Part shown: piece by piece, positions 1 to 11,963 of the stretch
Layout of the letters: the number at the start of each line of letters is the position of its first letter
How positions within the stretch are numbered: the stretch's first letter is position 1
NCBI GenBank assembly: GCA_021613535.1
Contig: CP075493.1
Coordinates: forward strand, 12,586,001-12,650,000
DNA length: 64,000 nucleotides
DNA from: Adineta vaga
Lineage: Eukaryota; Animalia; Rotifera
Direction of reading: 5' to 3'
Made by a program: the position numbers and the translations under genes
The notes under the pieces: model-generated
What the model was told of the DNA's origin: nothing
Databases searched by the model: none
What the model saw: only the letters and a program-made list of their open reading frames with translations

Positions 1-2336
1 TGCTGCCGTCCATGGAACAAAATCCGTTTCTCGTTTCAAATATTGAATAAGTTCGTAACCATCGGTTGCGTTCATAAAACCTGCACGTGATATAGCAAAT
101 GTATCATCGATCAGAGCACCACGATTAATATTTGGAATGCGTGTGTGATCTGTTTGAAGTTGATTAATAATAAGACGAAAATTTTGTGGATCATACTTCG
201 CACGATAAATGCCCATATATTGTGGATTAGCTAAGATCCAATCGGTATTTCCTGTGTTAATATTCAATGTTCTAGATGTATCATTCAACCAGAAGAGTTC
301 ACTTTCAGCCGATTTCTAAGTAAAGAATTGAAGAAGAAAAAAAAAGATATACAAGATCGTAATTGAATCTATTTACTGTATTCATAGTTTGATAAATATA
401 TTTAAATGGAATCCACCATTTATCTTCTTTTGTTGTTGATGAAAGAATACTAAATGGTCGTTGATTAATAACCATACGAGCTCCATTTGTATCATAAATT
501 CGATTAATTTCAACCATTGGATAACCTGCTTGCCGTATCCAACCATTCATAATTCGTTCAACATCGATAGTATTACCCGTAGCTTCGCTGAGAGATTTCC
601 ATAAATCTTCTTGTGTTGCTGAACCATAACTATACGTTTTTAAATATGTTTGAATTCCACGTTGAAATATTTCTGCACCTAAAAACATTGACATCATCCG
701 AATGACTGCTGCTCCTTTACTATAAGTAATGGAATCATACAATTGAAATATATCGGCTGGATTTGTTGATTGAATACTAATGGGCCGTGAAGTGGGCAAT
801 GAATCAGCTTCTATAAATGCAAAGATTGTATCAACAATAAATTGTTCATCTTGTTTCCATGATGGTTCAAGAGAATCAGATGCTAATGTTTCCATATAAG
901 TCGCAAATCCTTCCTTTAACCATCTATATATAAATCAACAAACATCAAATGAGCAATAACAATAAAATATCATTAAAACTTACAATTCACCCCACCAAGC
1001 GGGAGAAACTAGATTACCAAACCATTGATGAGCTATTTCATGATATATTAAGTTAGTAATACGTTGTTTTAATGATGCTGGAACTGTTTTTTCATCGAAA
1101 AATAATCCGATTTCCGTATAGATTAACAAACCTAGAACGACAAACAATTCCTCAGTAGATTCAATTGATATGAAAACAAGAGATAATATTTTACCATAGT
1201 TTTCCATCGCACCACCATCAAAATCAGGAACAGCAAAATGTTCGATTTTTGTCAATGGATAAGTAATATTAAAGTATTGATTGAAAAACTCTAAAGTTCT
1301 ACAAGTAACATCATCAGCATAGGCCAACTGTGGAAGAATATCAGCACGTCCACATACTCTCGATCTAATATTTGTCGAATTAATAAGACGATATGGTCGA
1401 CAAGCGAAATCAGATGTTGGTGCCATAATCATTGCTAAGATAAATGTCGACATTTTTAATGTTGGATTAAAATGTGAAACTGTTTGACCATTTTTTAATG
1501 TTTCAATACGTTCAATATCTCCATTGGACCATACACTATAGGAAGAATCGTGTCGAATACTAATCTGAAAAATAGCTTTCCGAGCTGGTTCATCAAAACA
1601 TGGAAGAACACTTCGTGCATAAGTGGGTTCCATCTGAGATGTCATAAAAGTACGCTCTTGTCCGTTGATATCAACATAATCACTGATGTAGAGGCCATGC
1701 AAATCACGAGTGATAACACCTTGATAGACAATACTGATTGTATAACTGTTCTCTATTTGAAAATTCGATGAAAAATTCATTATCATAAATTCATTGTAAT
1801 TATCATAGGTCGACGAATGAAATGTAGGTAGTGAATTCGATGATGAATTAACAATATGTATACTTGAATTATCAATAATTAAGTTTGTCATATGAAGAAA
1901 TATTTGATTTGTTGTCTTAACACACTTAAAAGTAAAGAAAAGTTCACCTACAATAGATAAAATTGTTAAGTAACTCTTCAGATCAAACTTTATATTTACC
2001 TCCAAATGTTTCATTAATCAAATTAGGTGTAATCGTCAATTGATACAATTGTTGTTCCAAATCATTTGGTATACGTGTAATTGGTGGTGAAGGTGTTGTA
2101 GTAGCAGTTGTAGTTGTCCCAAATGAAGACAATGTAGTGGTTAATGTTGTACGTGATTCATTATCACTATCATTCGAACGTTTTTGATTAACACCGAAAT
2201 AAATTGTTAATACGAGAAGAACAATAAGAACTGCAACAATACCGGCTAACACTGGCCAAAATACTTTTTTTGACACTCGATATGCACTTGTTGAAGTAGA
2301 TTCTTCACTAGAATCATCCAAATATCTTCTTGACAT
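1..2336 (-). CDS. Membrane-anchored M1-family zinc aminopeptidase (aminopeptidase N-like), multi-exon, 3' end runs off the window
   Basis: N-terminal TM anchor and Thr-rich stalk (ORF 1983-2336); SQMEPTYARSVLPCFDEP, GAMEN, HEIAHQWFGNLV (HEXXH), WLKEGFA near 900-925, YSKGAAV; short GT-AG introns join the ORFs. Confidence 0.95.
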
Positions 2337-3607
2337 TTCTATTTAGGAAAAAAAAGAAAGTTTTTCGAATTCTGACTAGGATCGAAACTATGAAAAAAGA
2401 ACTAAATCTATTCTAACAAAAATATACATATTATCAATTGTATGATAATCCTATTTTATATCACTAATCTTTGCAAATGTACATGCAATATATCACTATA
2501 TCATTAATCTTTCAGTTGACTCATATGTAAATAATCGACAAAAAAGAGTCCTCCGTTCTTTTACAATATATTCTCAATCCATTTCATCAGTGCAAAGACA
2601 ATTGCTTTGATTCAGCTATTCCGCTACGAAAAAAAAAGTTATAAAGAAGATAAAAAGATTTATGATTTGACATTAACAGTACTTGATCTTACATTTTATG
2701 ATATTTGATTTTGTTTCTTGCACAGTACTTCAGATATGAAAGCAATCTTTTGTAAATTATATTTGAAGATTTTAGTAATAAATCACAATTAAAGATAAAT
2801 CTGAATATTCTATAGTATGTATAATAACTGTCCGATATATTTTAAATTTCAAATCTATAACGTCACTATTCATGATTTAAACCTTGATTCTTTTCAGGTC
2901 TTTATTTCGTATGCAGATCAATCAACATAATAATATACGATCTAAAGATTTCATTATAAGCAGAAGAAAACGATATTTGAAAATCGAAACATTTTCTTTT
3001 CAAAAATGTCACTCGAGTACAATGGGTATATTCTATTATTTTTATATAACTACTTATCAAATAATATTATATTTATTTATGTATATAAGAACATTAACAT
3101 TTACTTATGAAAAGTTTGCATATAAAAATACAAAACAACATGTGATTCTTTGAAATATCTATCATTTGATGATTGCTATATTCTTCCAAATTTCAAAGAA
3201 CACATGGTGCACGAGCAAAAGCAATCTGTTGGGCTGCTATAGCTTCGTATTGTTATGAAACAATGAAAACTTTATTTTAATCTCGATTTTTGATTATATT
3301 TACAGCCATGCTATTATTTTGAAAGTCTGTCGAATGAATCGATTATCGAGTCGTATATCTTCAATATTCAAGAAATGTATGAGAACTTACGACATCTGTT
3401 TCATATTTATCGATAAGTAATATATTTAACTATAAAAGATTTGATTTTTAATTCGAATTTATGTATCTCAACATAACTATCAAACAATCAAATTAAATAT
3501 GATTTTATGATTGGATATTTCTATGTACTCATCTTCTATCTTTTCAACGTTACGCATCAATAAATATTCGATTATTAAGAATCATTCGATAAGATATCAA
3601 TACAGAC

Positions 3608-3964
3608 ATGACGAGCCGCGCAAGTGATAATAATAAAGTATATGCATGTGCTATCCAAAACGATTCGGATAGTGATATTCATGTTGTTCTCACATATGCT
3701 GGAATTCCAGATGTACGTGGAGATATCAAGCAAACACGTGTTGAACAAGATGTACCAAAAGGTCAACGAAAATACATCTATCAACGACTTGTTACTCGAC
3801 CAACGAGTAATATTATTGAAGTTATCGAACGTCTTGATGTAACAAAAGCTAATGGTGGCAAATTGGAATTAAAAGCACCTTTTGCTGGTGTCAAAGGTCG
3901 TGTTACAGAGTGGGTTTTTGTGGTTAATAATACAGAAATAAAATCTGGCGAAAGCAAAAAATAG
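3608..3964 (+). CDS. Small hypothetical protein (118 aa), single exon
   Basis: ATG-to-stop ORF with protein-like composition and higher GC than flanks; no family recognised. Confidence 0.7.
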   Translation: MTSRASDNNKVYACAIQNDSDSDIHVVLTYAGIPDVRGDIKQTRVEQDVPKGQRKYIYQRLVTRPTSNIIEVIERLDVTKANGGKLELKAPFAGVKGRVTEWVFVVNNTEIKSGESKK

Positions 3965-4443
3965 ACTCATTTTATTTTATTTCTTTATTGTTTTTTATTT
4001 TGTTTGTATTCATTTTATGAACGAAATACAATAAAGAATCATTCATGAAACTGATTTTTTTTCTCTTGATATTCAATGCGAAAAAGCAAATATTATAATC
4101 ATCATAGGAAAAGAATAGAAAAAAATAATGTTTTACCTTCAGACGCATCGTAACGAACATGTGAGTTTTGTTCTTGTAGTGTAAAGCGATTAAAGGTATG
4201 AAGGCGTATTTAGAAACCATTATTATGAAAATATTTTCAGGGATAAATGTTTCAATAGCGTTTTTTTGTTTCTCTGAGAAGATTGGGTTAAAAACGTGTG
4301 TGCTGTTATACTTAGACTGAAAATAAATCATAATAAAAAATGCATATTAAAATTTAGTTTTTGTATTAATTTCAGAGAAAAATAATCGAAAACTATCAGT
4401 TTGTACATCTGATTTGTTATACATCCTGATGCAAGTTCACATT

Positions 4444-5466
4444 TTATGGTAGTATACGAAGGCGATCATTACTTCCATGAAGACAGACATTTAGTTGCCA
4501 AGGAAAAGGACAGTTAATTAAGTCAACATTGATAGAATATAGCTTTTCTGTACGATCATTCTCTAAAAGAATCATATGTTGATCACAGTTTAATGTTAAA
4601 TAAATTGTATCATTTTCTATAAAATTTCCATCATGTTCATAACTGACACGTTTACCATTAGAAATAATGTAGCCATGCTTAGTCCAACCATACGCTGATA
4701 TCGAAGCGTAGGAGTTCTTCTGCAATATAGCTCCATGTGATATAATACCCCAGAACATCCACTGATTTTTAAACATTTTCTCAATCTTTAAATTGATTCT
4801 ATGAACACCTGTTGAGTAAGTCTTGAAACCACGAGCGTGTGCATGACCAGCAGGATCGTCATGCCATGTTACTAAGCCATTTTCTATCATTTTAATATCA
4901 CCGACAAGTGCTTCGAACTTCTCACTTAACTGTGTTGAAACTGTGAGTCGTTGTATCCATGTACGATCGTTCACCTTATTTAGAGTCACGGTATGCGGTT
5001 CCATAAGATCATTTTTCAATCTTTCAAGTGTCTGTAACCAACGATTCAAATCCTTTTCAGAGTAATCATCCATTTCTTTACTTGCTTTTAGCTGTACACG
5101 TACTTTTTCCAATTTCTTTTGTATTGCTTTTTTACTATCATTGAATGCTTCAAGAAACTTTCGACGAGCTTTGTCAGCCGTGATTTGGATCTTGACAATA
5201 CTTTCTTGTTCCCACTCATTAATTTTCTTTACCAATGAATGTTCCTTTATGTTGATATTTTCGTTAGCAATTTCCTGTTGAAGGAGATCGTGGTGATAAA
5301 TAATATGTTCCATTTCTTTCGAAAGTGCAAAGCTGTGTTCTGTTGAGTGTTTTCTGCAAAATAATTGTTGACATCCTTCACATCTGAATACCCCAGCTGC
5401 TTTGTTACAAATAGCACAGAGATATTTTGATTCTACTGCTTCAGCCATTTTAATACTCCTCTGCAA
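4444..5466 (-). CDS. B-box zinc finger + coiled coil + B30.2/SPRY-like protein (TRIM-like, no RING)
   Basis: CAICNK...CEGCQQLFCRKHSTEH B-box pattern, long heptad-rich middle, beta-rich C-terminus (GVHRINLKIE...NDTIYLTLNCD...PWQLNV); likely start is the second Met (MAEAVE). Confidence 0.75.
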   Translation of the reverse strand: MQRSIKMAEAVESKYLCAICNKAAGVFRCEGCQQLFCRKHSTEHSFALSKEMEHIIYHHDLLQQEIANENINIKEHSLVKKINEWEQESIVKIQITADKARRKFLEAFNDSKKAIQKKLEKVRVQLKASKEMDDYSEKDLNRWLQTLERLKNDLMEPHTVTLNKVNDRTWIQRLTVSTQLSEKFEALVGDIKMIENGLVTWHDDPAGHAHARGFKTYSTGVHRINLKIEKMFKNQWMFWGIISHGAILQKNSYASISAYGWTKHGYIISNGKRVSYEHDGNFIENDTIYLTLNCDQHMILLENDRTEKLYSINVDLINCPFPWQLNVCLHGSNDRLRILP

Positions 5467-6287
5467 AACAAATTCTTATTACACGTTTGTTTTGTTTTGT
5501 GTAAAATAAAACATGTAACAGTGAATGTTTGTGAATCTAAAGTATTTTTTGTTTTATGTTTTCTCTTCAGGTTGTCACAGAACAGAATAAGCTTCACTGA
5601 TACAAAGTAGATAAGACACAATGAGTCAGATTTTTCTACTTCTTTTATCTTCGAAGTGCAGTTCTCTAATTTCATTCAATCATATGTCAAATTCTTATTT
5701 TCTTCATGTTAAAATGCCGAGTTAATTATCACAAATTAAAATGTAAGAAAAACACTCATCAAATGAGTTTTTTATGGATTGATTTGAATTAGACATCAGT
5801 CGTTGCTTGTACAACTTCAACTGGAATATATATTGATCGGCGAGTTTGTGATTTTTTACTCTTCTCTATTAAGAAAACACATAGAATATATCCAAACAGC
5901 AATTCCTACAAGAAAAAGTATCAGAAAAGCAAATGATAAAAATGGAACGCTTAATCAGCTTATTTGTTTCGTTAAGAATGAAGCAAGGTCATAAGGTCAA
6001 AAAGAATGAAAAGGATAGAAAAAGAAAGAATGTATATATATTTTATTACACGATGATTTCTTCTTCATATCAAACAAGAGATGATATAGATTAAACGTAA
6101 GTTACATTTTGTTTTTTCAAATCTGTTTTTATTCAATGCGAATGAAAAGAAATCAATGCAAAATAACAACTATTGATAAGAAAAATCGAATGTATGATAG
6201 GTTATTAGAATGGAAAGAGCAAACAAGAATTAATTTAAAAGTATTATCATTTTTGTAGAGAATCGAATCTATCAAGTATACAAAATT

Positions 6288-8228
6288 ATGAGTATACTAA
6301 CATCGAGACGTCCTATACGAATTGGTAATGTTAGTGGTGCTTATTTTGATTCTGGATATCATATGTATAATCAAGCAACAAAAGGATCTATCGATGCATT
6401 GACAGGAGATTATCTAGCTGAATTGAATTTAGCTTCAAATGCACAAGCCTATCGAACTGGTCAACATTCAGGATGGGAAAAAACTGCCGAAGATGGAATT
6501 ATGCAGACTTTAGATGTTATTGTCACAAAACGAATTAAAGTAACAAAGATGAAGATAATTATTTATTGATATAAGTTCGTTTTTTTTGTTTTAACGAAGG
6601 TTGTTATCAATGGTGGTGCATTGAATCCATCAGGATTAGCTCAACATATTGTTTCTGCTGTTAATGAAAAACAATTTGATCTGAAAATTGCTTACATAAC
6701 TGGAGATAATGTTTTACCTTCTATTGAAAAATATCTAACTCCTGAATATGGATTAAAACATTTAGATGGAGAAAATGTTAATATTGAATTTGCTAAAGAT
6801 ACGGATAATTTCTTAAAAGATTCAAATCGACAGATAGTATCTGCTAATGCTTATCTTGGTTCTCGAGGTATTCAAGGTGCTTTAAAAGCTGGTGCTGATA
6901 TTATTATCTGTGGACGTGTCGCTGATGCATCGCCAGTTGTTGGTCTCGCTGCTTGGTGGCATGATTGGAATGAAAATGATTTTGATAATCTTGCAGGTGC
7001 ATTCGTCGCTGGTCATTTAATTGAATGTTCAAGTTATGTGACTGGATGCAATTTTTGTGATTTTGATCGATATCCTATTGAAAAATTAATTGATGTTGGA
7101 TTACCCATTGCCGAAATTGCACATGATGGTAGTTGTGTAATTACGAAACATGAATGTCTCAATGGAATAGTTAATATTGATACAGTTAAATGTCAATTAT
7201 TATATGAACTTCAAGGAAATATTTATTTAAATAATGATGTTAAAGCTGATTTGACTAATATCAAAATTATACAAGAAGGTCCAAATCGAGTATGTGTTAC
7301 AGGAACAAAAGGATATCCACCGCCATCGACGACTAAACTTGCTATATTTTATATTGGTGGTTATCAATGTGAAATGACTGTGAATGCGACTGGTAGAAAC
7401 ACTAATGCAAAATTTGCTTATTACAAACGTCAAACTGAACATGGCTTGAAACAAACCGGTACATTTGATCAATTTGATATTTTAGATTTTCAAGTCTATG
7501 CAAAAGCAGAAGATAATCCAATTAATCAACAACGTGGTACATCTTACATGCGTGTTTTTGCTCAAGCAAAATCGGAAAGAATTCTAAAAAGTTTAAATTC
7601 AGTTTTTGCAGAATATTTAATGCAACATTATTCTGGTATGCATTGGTCTACTGATATGAGAAATTTTGTACCAAAACAATATTTAGCTTATTATCCAGCT
7701 GTAATTTCTCAATCAGAATTACGAGAAACTGCAGTATTGTTGAATAAAAATGGTGATAATGAACAAACAATTGATGTTGGTCATGTTTCTATTACTGAAC
7801 CATTAACTCCACGTGCCAATTATAATACAGCAAATGCCGTTGATTTAATTAAATTTGGTCCTAGTGTCAATGTTCCAGCTGATATTGTTATACTTGGTCG
7901 TAGTGGTGATAAAGGTGGTAATGTTAATATAGGATTATTTGTTCATGAAGAAGATGAATATGAATGGCTTCGTACTTATTTTACTCGAGAAAGATTACAA
8001 ATATTAATTGGAGAAGATTGGAAAGACTCTTATTTTATTGAACGAGTCGAGATGCCACATATCTATGCGGTTCATTTTGTTGTTTATGGAATACTTGGTC
8101 GTGGTGTTAGTTCAAGTACTAGTCTCGATTCTTTAGGAAAAGGATTTGCAGATTATATACGAAGCAAATATATTGATATACCGGAAATATTTGTTCGTCG
8201 ATATAATGGCAAAACATACCAATGTTGA
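6288..8228 (+). CDS. Acyclic terpene utilisation AtuA-family (DUF1446) protein, 2 exons
   Basis: RPIRIGNVSG, GDYLAE, GADIIICGRVADAS, AGHLIECS, RSGDKGGNVNIG, DSLGKGFADY motifs; 60-nt intron 6540-6599 joins RIK to VVINGGALNP in frame. Confidence 0.9.
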
Positions 8229-8804
8229 TCTGGTTAATGGATTCTTGTTTTTATTTGTAGAGATATCATTTACGATTTGAATTATTTACTTTCTTTCGAT
8301 CATATTTGCTACATAGCTTTAGATTATTTTTTTGTAAATACCGCTTGATATCTATCATATTTGTAATTGATTGATTCATTAGCTTCAACGACTGATATTT
8401 GAGATGATTTGAATTTGTCAATTATAGTTTTCAGATGTGTATTCGTGAATGAAACATTAGTTACTCAATAAATGTTAGTGACGGTTTTGAGTTAATAGAA
8501 CGTTCAATCTTATTTATAAGTCGCTTCTCTATACGAACTTAAATATGCTGATCATTTCATTTTTCTTCGTAAATGTTATTATCTAAGATCTTGCTTCATT
8601 ACTCTTTTTCAAAAATATTTATGATTTTACTATTTTAGATTTAACTGTATATCAATACATATTTTCAATCACTGAATATGAATGTTACGTTCTTCTCGCG
8701 TCCATATCAACAGGGATATGCACCGTGTAGTTTATCTTTTATAAAGGATAGATGTGATTACAAAAGTTGAGGATATATAAAGAAATGAATAGTTATTGAC
8801 CATA

Positions 8805-10639
8805 TTATGGTAGAGGCAATGTCATTTTTAACTTCTCATATCTGTTTTTTGGATCATTCATTTTACGATTTACACCGTAGTCTTGTAATATTTCTCTCTC
8901 ATACGTTGATCGTTGTTGAGTTGTCCATTGATTTGGATTTGTTGGTGCATTACTATTCTTTTTATAAAAAGTATTTAATGCATCAGCGACATCTCTTGCT
9001 ACTAGAGCCGGTTTATTGATATGCTGATCCAAGGCAGTGGCTTGACCCAGATAAGATTTAAAATAATCAGCAATTGTGTATTGATAACCAGTTGGAGCTA
9101 TTTTCATTACTGTATGAAGACGAGAAATAAAATCTTTTACTTGTTTCATTTGAAATTCCGGAGTACTAATAGCACAGACAAGTGGACCAAGTGCTTCAGA
9201 TGTATCAACTGAACCTTTTTGGAAATTTTGTCTCAAATACTGTTTTAATGTTGAACCTGTTTTTCCTCTAAATGACATTTGTTTCGTTGAAGATACACTC
9301 CAACCACATTTCTCAAATTTTTCATTATAAACTTGAGGATGTTCCTGTTTAAATTCATACACTTGTTTTTCAAATTCACCTCCGCCGGTGTTCCCAATAA
9401 TCTTTTGCATAGCACCAGCCGTTACAATTGCAGGATCATAAGATTGTACACTATCAAGATTTCCTTCATTGTTTGCCATACTGCTAACAATGACTTTCTC
9501 AGTTTTAGTCGCTTGTCCCGCATTTATCAATGCTGACCATTTAGAATAGTTAGACAGCTTGATATTGCCACTATACAAGGGTCCATAAGCTCCCTTGTAG
9601 GATACAGCCGTAAAGGGATTGTCTTTGATACATGTTGCACAGTCTATTAGTGCAAGATCAGAAAGGATGGTTCATGAGATGTAAATCGAAAACTTTACTT
9701 ACTGTTACATTGATACTTAAATATTGTAGTTCCAAAAACTGCTCGGTCAGTGGAAAGCACATAGAGAGAACCATCGTTATCCATTTGTATAACATTTTTA
9801 TAGTTGATGCCTAATACGAGACCATTAGTTTGATTGATGTTTATAACTGGAAAACTATCGTTTGATTTGGTCGGCCATAGAGTGATTTTATTGAACTCAC
9901 CGATATATATATTTTCTTCATCATCAACGAATAGTGTCGTAGGATGATTCAGCTTTGTATTTCGTGTTAAATAGGTCGTCACACCATTTGTCCATTTTCT
10001 TATAGCAGTGTCATCTGGGCCAACCGAATATACAGAACCATCATTACCAACAAAAAAATCGGATATGTCCGAAAAAGATTGTTTCGCAGCAATTAAAATT
10101 CCATTTGAAGGGCCATTACCAAATGATGTCCATTTTCGCAGTTCATAACTTTGACTATTCGTAGAATATCCATAGCTATAGATATTTTTATCATTATCTA
10201 CAATTGTTGCTGACCAGAGCATGAAGCCATTTTGTCCATCAACACGTCGAACTTGAGACACTACATCATTATTAACTGAGTATCCAGTGATTTTAGTTTT
10301 CCCATTTGGAGACACTAATACATCTTGTAAAAGCGATGGTACACCATTTATACAAGCACTAGTAATTAAGTTTGCTTGTGAACTGTTCACTGGCCATAAG
10401 AGAAAACGCCGTTCACATGTAGCGGAAGCAGATCGATCAAGAAGATATAGATTTTTTGCATCATCAACATAAAATCGATCAGTAAAGAATTGATTTAACC
10501 CAGATCCTATATCGTTACCACCAGCAACAACTTGTCCTGTTCTCTCATAAGAAAAACAGCCAACTTTTCTTGCATCAACCGATGCAAAACATATACCGAG
10601 AAGTACGACAAGACAATGAGAAAACATTTCTATTGCCAA
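8805..10639 (-). CDS. Secreted fusion protein: signal peptide + NHL-repeat/beta-propeller region + C-terminal bacterial-type lysozyme-like domain, 2 exons
   Basis: 59-nt intron 9644-9702 (GTAAGT...TAG) fuses ORFs 9695-10639 and 8805-9578 in frame (...KYQCN-NCATCIKDNPF...YGPLYSG...). NHL-like motifs VVAGGNDIGSGLNQF and LNHPTTLFVDDEENIYI; C-terminal NEGNLDSVQSYD...TAGAMQK. Confidence 0.75.
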
Positions 10640-11963
10640 TGTCTGATCATTTTATCGTTTTCTTATACCCCCTTTTATAGTAGTCAAAGCTTATGGTCCG
10701 AAAAATTAGATTTTTTTCGTCAGGAGAAGAACGAAAAGAGAAATCGACACTCTTTTATTTTTCAATATCATATTACTCTCTCTCTCTCTTTCTCTTCTCT
10801 ATATGTATATCCTTATTCCTTCTTCTTAACATGCACTTTTCTTTTATTTATTCACTTATTTATTTATTTTGTTCTTTTTCTCTTCTCATTCTCTCCTATT
10901 TGTGAATCTTGTTATGGCGCAATAAAATTGAATGAAAAAAAAATCAGATTTTCAGTTTGCTCGATGTAAGTCGAATTTTTAAGGAAGTATAGAATAAAAT
11001 CAATTAAGAACCACCTATGATGTAATAGCAATATTTATATAAATCTAGAGTATACTTCATTTCATATGCAGCACAAACAATATATTTATTTAGCTATATT
11101 TGGAGAATTATAATACTGAATTCGATTCATTTAATGATTCTTTTGGCAAATGAAAAATATTTATACAATTACGAATAATCCATTGCAGACCACCAACTCA
11201 CTGATATAGCCCCGTGATTGAATTTTCAAGAGTTAATTATGAAAAAATCGGCATAGAAAATCTCAAATTGCATCAATACTGAAACACAGACTTCGTTGGT
11301 AGTGAGCAAAATTCGGAGATATTCATATAATATATCTGTGCATATCGATGACTGTTTCAACAGTTGTATCTGATCTTTCTTCTTTTATTGATTCACACTC
11401 TTATGTCAGTCAGAATATGATTAAAACATCATTTTATAAAACAACTCGTATGCATAGTCTCTATACAGTGCATATGTCAATGTTATGTGTGTATTCATCT
11501 GTTCTATAGAGTATCAATACACCTTTTATGAATCAAAAACTTTAAATAAAATACTAATGGACATAAATAATTTATTGACCAATCGATTTTATTCAAATGC
11601 AATAAATACCTTTATGATTTCGATTTGATAGTTTCACGTTTTTTTCTCTTCAATCATCACACCATACTAAAGAAAAGAAAAAAAGAAAAAAGGCGACTCC
11701 TATGACATTCTAATAATTTTTGTATGGTATTAAAGAAATGTAAACAATTGCTGAGTCATTCATTCGGAGAGTTTTTCTATGCATGTCATTTTATTTTTAT
11801 TTAAAGGTTATTGTAAAGAAAGTAAGAAACAATAATCACAAAATATCTCATAATCAAAAAGTTTTTCCTCTATCGACAACAAATTGTTTTGATGTTGAAT
11901 CTAATTATCCTTATGATAATCTTTTGTAGGTAAAACAATTGATTTTTCGAGTTTTAATTTAAA

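Noticed and set aside
10532-10969. 145-aa plus-strand hydrophobic ORF and similar F/I/L/K-rich ORFs (e.g. 3972-4331, 2884-3153)
   Set aside because: Products of AT-rich low-complexity intergenic DNA or antisense to real genes
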